From Macrostomum lignano (lineage: Eukaryota): DNA of 64,000 bases. The notes under the pieces were generated by a model that did no database searches, had not been told where the DNA came from, and saw only the letters and a list, made by a program, of their open reading frames with translations. The DNA lies in contig NIVC01000416.1 of NCBI GenBank assembly GCA_002269645.1, positions 1 through 64,000 on the forward strand. Reading direction: 5' to 3'. The first letter of the stretch is position 1. Every line of letters starts with the position of its first letter. The position numbers were made by a program, and so were the translations under genes. This document shows positions 55,825 through 64,000 of this stretch, one piece after another.

Positions 55825-58800
55825 TCACTTTCTCACGCCGGCCTCTTCATCAGATTCTTCTTCGGCTTGGTCCAACCAGTTGAGGAACTTGTTTAGCTGG
55901 AATTTGGAGTTTATGGGAGATTCCATGGGTAGTTTATGGGAGATTCTATGGGTAGTTTATGGGAAATTCTTTGGGTAGTTTATGGGAGATTCCATGGGTA
56001 GTTTATGGGAGATTAAATGGGTAGTTTATGAGAGATTAGATGGGTAGTTTATGGGAGATTCCATGGGTAGTTTATGGGAGATTCCATGGGTAGTTTATGG
56101 GAGATTCCATGGGTAGTTTATGAGAGATTCTTTGGGTAGTTTATGGGAGATTCTATGGGTAGTTTATGGGAAATTATTTGGGTAGTTTATGGGAGATTCC
56201 ATGGGTAGTTTATGGGAGATGAAATGGGTAGTTTATGAGAGATTAGATGGGTAGTTTATGGGAGATTCCATGGGTAGTTTATGGGAGATTCCATGGGTAG
56301 TTTATGGGAGATTCCATGGGTAGTTTATGAGAGATTCTTTGGGTAGTTTATGGGAGATTCTATGGGTAGTTTATGGGAAATTATTTGGGTAGTTTATGGG
56401 AGATTCCATGGGTAGTTTATGGGAGATGAAATGGGTAGTTTATGAGAGATTAGATGGGTAGTTTATGGGAGATTCCATGGGTAGTTTATGGGAGATTAAA
56501 TGGGTAGTTTATGAGAGATTAGATAGGTAGTTTATGGGAGATTAAATGGGTAGTTTATGGGAGATTAGATGGGTAGTTTATGAGAGATTAGATGGGTAGT
56601 TTATGGGAGATTCCATGGGTAGTTTATGGGAGATTCCATGGGTAGTTTATGGGAGATTCCATGGGTAGTTTATGAGAGATTCTTTGGGTAGTTTATGGGA
56701 GATTCTATGGGTAGTTTATGGGAAATTCTTTGGGTAGTTTATGGGAGATTCCATGGGTAGTTTATGGGAGATGAAATGGGTAGTTTATGAGAGATTAGAT
56801 GGGTAGTTTATGGGAGATTCCATGGGTAGTTTATGGGAGATTAAATGGGTAGTTTATGAGAGATTAGATAGGTAGTTTATGGGAGATTAAATGGGTAGTT
56901 TATGGGAGATTAGATGGGTAGTTTATGAGAGATTAAATGGGTAGTTTATGGGAGATTAAATGGGTAGTTTATGAGAGATTAGATGGGTAGTTTATGGGAG
57001 ATTCCATGGGTAGTTTATGGGAGATTAGATGGGTAGTTTATGGGAGATTAGATGGGTAGTTTATGGGAGATTAGATGGGTAGTTTATGGGAGATTCCATG
57101 GGTAGTTTATGGGAGATTAGATGGGTAGTTTATGGGAGATTAGATGGGTAGTTTATGGGAGATAAGATGGGTAGTTTATGGGAGATTAGATGGGTAGTTT
57201 ATGGGAGATTAAATGGGTAGTTTATGGGAGATTAGATGGGTAGTTTATGGGAGATTCCATGGGTAGTTTATGGGAGATTAGATGGGTAGTTTATGGGAGA
57301 TTAGATGGGTAGTTTATGGGAGATAAGATGGGTAGTTTATGGGAGATTAGATGGGTAGTTTATGGGAGATTAGACTCTCTCCCTTAGAAGAAAACAAAGC
57401 ACCAACCTGAAACAGCGCCTTGCCCTTGTCCGGATAAGCGTGGTTGACCTCCTCTTTCCAGCGCACGATCGTTTCCTCGTCGCAGATGTCCAGATCGTAC
57501 ACAGCCATGAATGCGCGCAGCAGAGCATTGGGCGGGTTGCCAGCCCGGCTCCAGTGCACCAGTAGGCCATTGAGCAGCTCCAGGCCGTCCAGTTCGGCTA
57601 GAAGTTGCGCGTAGGGACCGAGACGGGCCTGGGCAATGGTGGCAATTTGATTTGATTATAGTGAGTGCAGTTGAATAGAACAACAGAAGATTTGAAATCT
57701 CACTGTAGACTAGAGAGTATCCGAAATTTCACCTTTAGATTAGAGAAAGACTGACAGTCTTACCCTTAGTTTAGAGAAAAAATAGAAATCCCACCATTAG
57801 ATTAGATAGATTTAAAGTCTCATCTTAAGATTAGAGAAGACGATTTGAAATCTCACCCTTAGATTAGAGAAAGACAATTTGAAGTCTAACCCTTAGATTA
57901 GAGAAAGACAATTTGAAGTGTAACCCTTAGATTAGAGACAGACAATTTGAAATCTCACCCTTAGATTAGAGAAAGACAATTTGAAGTCTAACCCTTAGAT
58001 TAGAGAAAGACAATTTGAAGTCTAACCCTTAGATTAGAGACAGACAATTTGAAATCTCACCCTTAGATTAGAGAAAGACGATTTGAAATCTCACCCTTAG
58101 ATTAGAGAAAGACAATTTGAAGTCTAACCCTTAGATTAGAGAAAGACGATTTGAAATCTCACCCGTAGATTAGAGAAGACGATTTGAAATCTCACCCTTA
58201 GATTAGAGAGACGATTTGAAATCTCACCCTTAGTTTGAGGAAGAAGATTCAAAATCTTACCATTAGATAAGAAAAATACGATTTGAAGTCTCCCCCTTAG
58301 ATTAGAGAAAGAAGATCGGATAACTCACCCTTAGATTAGGGAAAGACGATTTGAAATCTCACCCGTAGATTAGAGAAGACGATTTGAAATCTCACCCGTA
58401 GATTAGAGAAGACGATTTGAAATCTCACCCTTAGTTTGAGAAAGAAGATCCAAAATCTCACCATTAGATAAGAGAAAGACGATTTGAAGTTTCCCTCTTA
58501 GATTAGAGAAAGATCTGAAATCTCACTCTTAGATTAGAGAAATAAGATCTAAAATCTCACCATTAGATGAGAGAAAGACGATTTGAAGTCTCCCCCCTAG
58601 ATTAGAGAAAGATCTGAAATCTCACCCTTCGATTAAAGAAAGAAGACCGGATAACTCACCCTTAGATTAGGGAAAGACGATTTGAAATCTCACTCTTAGA
58701 TTAGAGAATAGATATTGAAATATCACCCTTAGGCCTTAGATTAATGAAAGATTCGCAATCTTAACCCCTACAAGAGAATAAAGCTTCGAAATTTCACAAA

Positions 58801-61800
58801 AAAATAATTAACTCCCCTTCGACTAGAGAAATATTTTCAAACTTCTCTTATTAAATAAAATATCACACATTCTTGCTGACCTTCTCTAACTGCAGTTTCT
58901 CCTTGTCGGTGTGCTCGGCACTGCTAGGATCGGTCTCCACAGCAACATAGACGTGATGCACCAGGGCGTGAACGAACTCCGGCTTGCGCAACAGTTCAGA
59001 ATCGGCCTCGGCTACGAAAGCGGCAACAGCATCTGGCGAAGTGCCAACTCGACCGCGGCGAAGATCTTCGAGTAGTTTGAGTTTGGGCACTAAACTGGTC
59101 AAGCCGCGCTCTTCAACGGCGGCTAAGAGATCGGCGCCTTCGGGCAGAAGATCGGACAGCTGCAAGCCAGATTCGGACAGTCTGGCTCGGGTCCAATCTG
59201 GTGACCGATTGGCTACCAGCTGCTGGAGTAGCAGCAGGCCGAGCGGATGGTGCCGACCACCGCGAAGTACAGCGAAACAGTCGGATAGGGAAACCTGCGT
59301 GTCGGGTTTTGGTTGGTTGGTTTACTGGTTTTTGGGATGTAACTATGAGAATATGGGATATAAGTATATGAGAATATGGGATATAATTATATGAGAATAT
59401 GGGATATAATTATATGATAATAAGGGATATAATTATCTGAGAATAAGGGATATAATTATCTGAGAATAAGGGATATAATTATCTGAGAATAAGGGATATA
59501 ATTATCTGAGAATAAGGGATATAATTATCTGAGAATAAGGGATATAATTATCTGAGAATAAGGGATATAATTATATGAGAATAAGGGATATATTTATCTG
59601 AGAATAAGGGATATAATTATCTCAGAATAAGGGATATAATTATATGAGAATAAGGGATATAATTATCTCAGAATAAGGGATATAATTATCTGAGAATATG
59701 GGATATAATTATATGAGAATATGGGATATAATTATCTGAGAATAAGGGATATAATTATCTGAGAATAAGGGATATAATTATCTGAGAATAAGGGATATAA
59801 TTATCTGAGAATAAGGGATATAATTATCTGAGAATAAGGGATATAATTATCTGAGAATAAGGGATATAATTATCTGAGAATAAGGGATATAATTATCTGA
59901 GAATATTGGATATAATTTATGAGAATATGGGATATAATTATATGATAATAAGGGATATAATTATATGAGAATATGGGATATAATTATCTGAGAATAAGGG
60001 ATATAATTATGAGAATATGGGATATAATTATATGAGAATAAGGGATATAATTATATGAGAATATGGGATATAATTATATGAGAATAAGGGATATAATTAT
60101 ATGAGAATATGGGATATAATTATATGAGAATAAGGGATATAATTATATGAGAATATGGGATATAATTATATGAGAATATAGGATATAATCATATGAGAAT
60201 ATGGGATATAATTATATGAGAATATGGGATATAATTATCTGAGAATATGGGATATAATTATATGAGAACATGGGATATAATTTATGAGAATATGGGATAT
60301 AATTATATGAGAATATGGGATATAATTATCTGAGAATAAGGGATATAATTATCTGAGAATAAGGGATATAATTATCTGAGAATAAGGGATATAATTATCT
60401 GAGAATAAGGGATATAATTATCTGAGAATAAGGGATATAATTATCTGAGAATATGGGATATAATTATATGAGAATATGGGATATAACTATATGAGAATAT
60501 GGGATATAATTTATGAGAATATGGGATATAATAATGAGAATATGGGATATAATTATATGAGAATAAGGGATATAATTATGAGAATATGGGATATAATTAT
60601 TTGAGAATAAGGGATATAATAATGAGAATATGGGATATAATTATGAGAATATGGGATATAATTATGAGAATATGGGATATAATTATATGAGAATAAGGGA
60701 TATAATTGAGAATATGGGATATAATTATGAAAATAAGGGATATAATTATATGAGAAAATGGGATACACGTTACTCGCTAAAATCAACAAATCAATAAAAA
60801 ACCTGATCAAGCAGAACCAGTTGGGCAACCAGTTTAGCGCTGCGCGACCGAACCAACGGTACACCAGTGGACTCAAGCGAGGCCATGGACTGGTCGCAGT
60901 ATTGCCTGAGGCCGCCCAGCACAGCACCTGGCGGGCATATTGGCTTCGTCTGCTGCTTTTCAGTTGAAGACGAACTGCTGCTGCCAAGCGATTCCAGCAG
61001 GCGCACAACGCCGACTGGCTCAGCCTCGATGCCCGACACGAGCAGGCGGTGCACGAGAAGTTCGGGACGATCGAATGGCCAGGCGAGTTTAACCAGCTGC
61101 TCGCGCACCCAGGCATGATCGCCTGACCAAAGCCTGCCGCCTAGCGATTCGATGTCTCTGGCTGCGGTCACCTGCGAGTGGTGTAGCATTGTGTGCTGGG
61201 TCTGAGCAACTGGCCAAGACAGATCTGGGAGGCTGGCCCAGCAACTGAGGATCTGGGAGGCTGGCCCAGCAACTGAGGATCTGGGAGGCTGGCCCAGCAA
61301 CTGAGGGTCTGGGAGGCTGGCCCAGCAACTGAGGATCTGGGAGGCTGGCCCAGCAACTGAGGATCTGGGAGGCTGGCCCAGCAACTGAGGATCTGGGAGG
61401 CTGGCCCAGGAACTGGGGATCTGGGAGGCTGGTTCAGCAACTGATGATTTGGGAGGCTGGCCCAGCAACTGAGGATCTGGGAGGCTGGCAGCCCAGGAAC
61501 TGGGGATCTGGGAGGCTGGCAGCCCAGGAACTGGGGATCTGGGAGGCTGGCTCAGCAACTGATGATCTGGGAGGCTGGCCCAGCAACTGAGGATCTGGGA
61601 GGCTGGCCCAGCAACTGACACTCTGGGAGGCTGGCCCAGCAACTGAGGATCTGGGAGGCTGGCCCAGCAACTGAGGATCTGGGAGGCTGGCCCAGCAACT
61701 GACACTCTGGGAGGCTGGCTCAGCAACTGAGGATCTGGGAGGCTGGCCCAGCAACTGAGGATCTGGGAGGCTGGCAACTCAGCAACTGAGGATCTGGGAG

Positions 61801-63725
61801 GCTGGCCCAGCAACTGACACTCTGGGAGGCTGGATCAGCAACTGGGGATCTGGGAGGCTGGCTCAGCAACTGAGGATCTGGGAGGCTGACACAGCAACTG
61901 AGGATCTGGGAGGCTGACACAGCAACTGAGGATCTGGGAGGCTGGATCAGCAACTGAGGATCTGGGAGGCTGACACAGCAACTGAGGATCTGGGAGGCTG
62001 GATCAGCAACTGGGGATCTGGGAGGCTGGCTCAGCAACTGAGGATCTGGGAGGCTGACACAGCAACTGAGGATCTGGGAGGCTGGTGGCCTAAGGTTTGA
62101 GGTGCGGTGAAGGATTTGAAGTAAAAATTATTAGAGAAAAAGAAATTACCAGCGGGGACTCCGGCTCCTTCTTAACGGAACCCGGCTGCTGCCCCTTGCC
62201 CTGCTGCTGCTGCTGGCCTCTGGCAGCCATCTGCCGGAAATAAGCCGGCTCAAACGTGAACGTGGTCTGCTTGGGCTTAGACAGCAGCGGCATATCGCCG
62301 CGCCTCTGCTGTTGCTGCTTGTGAAATTGCTGCTGCTGTTGCTTCTGTTGAAGCTGCATCTGCACAGCGAGAGGCGGCGGCGGCGGTCCAACAGGCTGCT
62401 GCCAACGATGATGACTTTGCGAGGCTGAAGCTACTGCAGTGCCACTCTGCTGCTGCTGCTGCTGCTGCTGCTGAGGCCTAGAAGAGACCTGCTGCAATCT
62501 GCCTAGCGCTTGCAACTTCGGGGCAAAAGTAGAAGCAGTTGCAGCGGAACTCGGATTCGAACCCCTGACGATTGTTGTTGCTGTAGTTGTTGCTGCTGCT
62601 GGTGTTGAACCGTTGCCGTTTTTATTAGCGCTCACGCTGCTACTATAAGTAGCATTGGAAGCCGCGGAGGAAGCGGCCGCAGCAGCAGCAGCAATCAAAG
62701 CAGGTTGATGCGGTCTTCGCCAAGCTCCAGGCTCATCCTTCATCAGCGGAGGCGGTGGCTGCTGCTGCTGCATCGATTGGCGCTCTTTAGAAGCAGAAGA
62801 GGCTGTCAACAGCAGCGGAGCACCGCCGCCATTGGCACTGCTGCCGTTACGTCCTCCGCCATTCGCAGCCGCTGCTGTCGGGCCGTCGCGCCATTCCTCC
62901 ATCATGCGTGGCCTGTCAGCGTCAACCTGCTGGCCAAGACGCCGCGGCACCCAAGCGTTGCGGCGCAGCTCCAACAGGTCGTCGAGCATAAATCGAACCC
63001 GAAGCGGCAGGCCGCCGCTAGCCGACGTTGCCGACATAATTTTGGCCACCCTAACAAAGTATTGGTCGAACAAGTTGACAGCCGGTCCCGTGTCAAATCT
63101 GCGGCCAGTGATGAGCAGCAGGGTGCACAGGCACTCCATGTCCATTGGCAGATTTGGTCCGCTCTTGCTAGCCAGTAATTTTTTAATGCACCGATGCAGC
63201 ACAGGCTCCGGCACCAGGCCTCGGAGGCTGAGCTCGCCGATGAAGCGGAACAGACCGACGAGAGCGCTGAGTCGCCTACTAGCCATCTCTTCAATCTGCT
63301 GCCGGCGCTGCTCTTCGGTTTCTTCGTTGTTGTTACTGTTGCCATGGCTTCCATTACTACTAGCGGCCGAGCTGATATCCGGCAGGCCAGCTAATACGCT
63401 GTGGCGAGCTTCGAATTGAGTCTCGCAATAGGCCAATAATAGCAGTCCGAAACTGCTGGCCGCGGCCAGGCCAATCTGCTGCTGTTGCTGCTGCTGTTGC
63501 TGCTGCTGCTGCCTGACCCCCAGAGGGGGCGACTCAAAATCTGGCGCGTCCGAACAGAGCCGCAAACAGAGATCAGCGTATAAGCCGCTGAATTTCACTT
63601 CATTGCAAGCCTTCTCTAGTACAAGATGGGCGATATCTTTCAGTATCTGCTTGGACTCTATGCCAACATTGAGGACGTCGATTGATAGTTTGTCAAATTT
63701 CTCCGGCGTGAGCTTATTGAGTATG
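55825..63725 (-). CDS. EIF4G2: eIF4G2/DAP5/NAT1 homolog, last five exons (5' end outside the window)
   Basis: Exons 63725-62150, 61171-60803, 59294-58881, 57628-57407, 55896-55825; phases close. MIF4G ILNKLTPEKFDKL..LYADLCLRL, MA3 region, W2 end WKEEV..KGKALFQ|LNKFLNWLDQAEEESDEE typical of DAP5. Confidence 0.92.
55915..57372. repeat. 23-bp minisatellite, last eIF4G2 intron
   Basis: (ATGGGTAGTTTATGGGAGATT[CC/AG/AA])n. Confidence 0.95.
57690..58760. repeat. 34-bp minisatellite, eIF4G2 intron
   Basis: (CCCTTAGATTAGAGAAAGACGATTTGAAATCTCA)n, degenerate at the ends. Confidence 0.93.
59340..60760. repeat. 23-bp minisatellite, eIF4G2 intron
   Basis: (GAGAATA[A/T]GGGATATAATTAT[C/A]T)n. Confidence 0.95.
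61220..62085. repeat. 28-bp minisatellite, eIF4G2 intron
   Basis: (GGAGGCTGGCCCAGCAACTGAGGATCTG)n. Confidence 0.95.
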
Positions 63726-63774
63726 CTGCGGGATTTCATTGTGGATAATTAATAGTTATTGGGATTTGGGAGGG

Positions 63775-64000
63775 AAAGTCTGGGAAAGCGATCTGGGAAT
63801 CTGGGAAGCCAAACTTTGAGGATTTGGGAGGCCAAGTTTGATGGTCTGGGAAGCCAAGCTTTGTGATTTGGGAAGCCAAGCTTTGAGGATTTGGGAAGCC
63901 AAGCTTTGAGGATTTGGGAAGCCAAGCTTTGATGATCTGGGAAGCCAAGCTTTGATGATTTGGGAAGCCAAGCTTTGATGATTTGGGAAGCCAAGCTTTG
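63775..64000. repeat. 23-bp minisatellite, eIF4G2 intron, runs off the window
   Basis: (GGGAAGCCAAGCTTTGA[G/T]GATTT)n. Confidence 0.93.

Noticed and set aside
62705-63419. Plus-strand ORFs of 150-195 aa over eIF4G2, and similar ones over formin and KIFBP exons
   Set aside because: Antisense shadows of GC-rich coding exons.

Overview
Eukaryotic (metazoan) genomic DNA. GC-rich exons and introns packed with minisatellites resemble a free-living flatworm such as Macrostomum, but this is inference and cannot be verified here. Host genes: a head-to-head pair of temptin-domain copper monooxygenase genes (intact at 5402-7354 +; frameshifted and truncated by the window edge at 1-561 -), KIF-binding protein (6 exons, -), an ankyrin-repeat/SOCS-box gene (6 exons, -), an orphan 87-aa secreted six-cysteine protein (+), an FH1/FH2 inverted-type formin (10 exons, -) and the 3' five exons of eIF4G2/DAP5 (-). 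Splice phases close for all multi-exon models. Mobile DNA: an intact young Ty3/Gypsy element with identical LTRs, a triple-nested LINE/LINE/foldback stack with all three TSDs preserved, a THAP gene split by a LINE, hAT elements and MITEs, a decayed RTE-like LINE and two tRNA-derived SINE families. Main observations: 18 of 24 introns carry their own private tandem array, several built from splice-signal-like monomers (one monomer reads as a complete 33-nt mini-intron); a formin intron carries a dense E-box/CRE cluster that could drive a tail-only isoform; and the orphan secreted Cys-rich peptide has a complete core promoter. Most long ORFs in the supplied track over repeats are artefacts.
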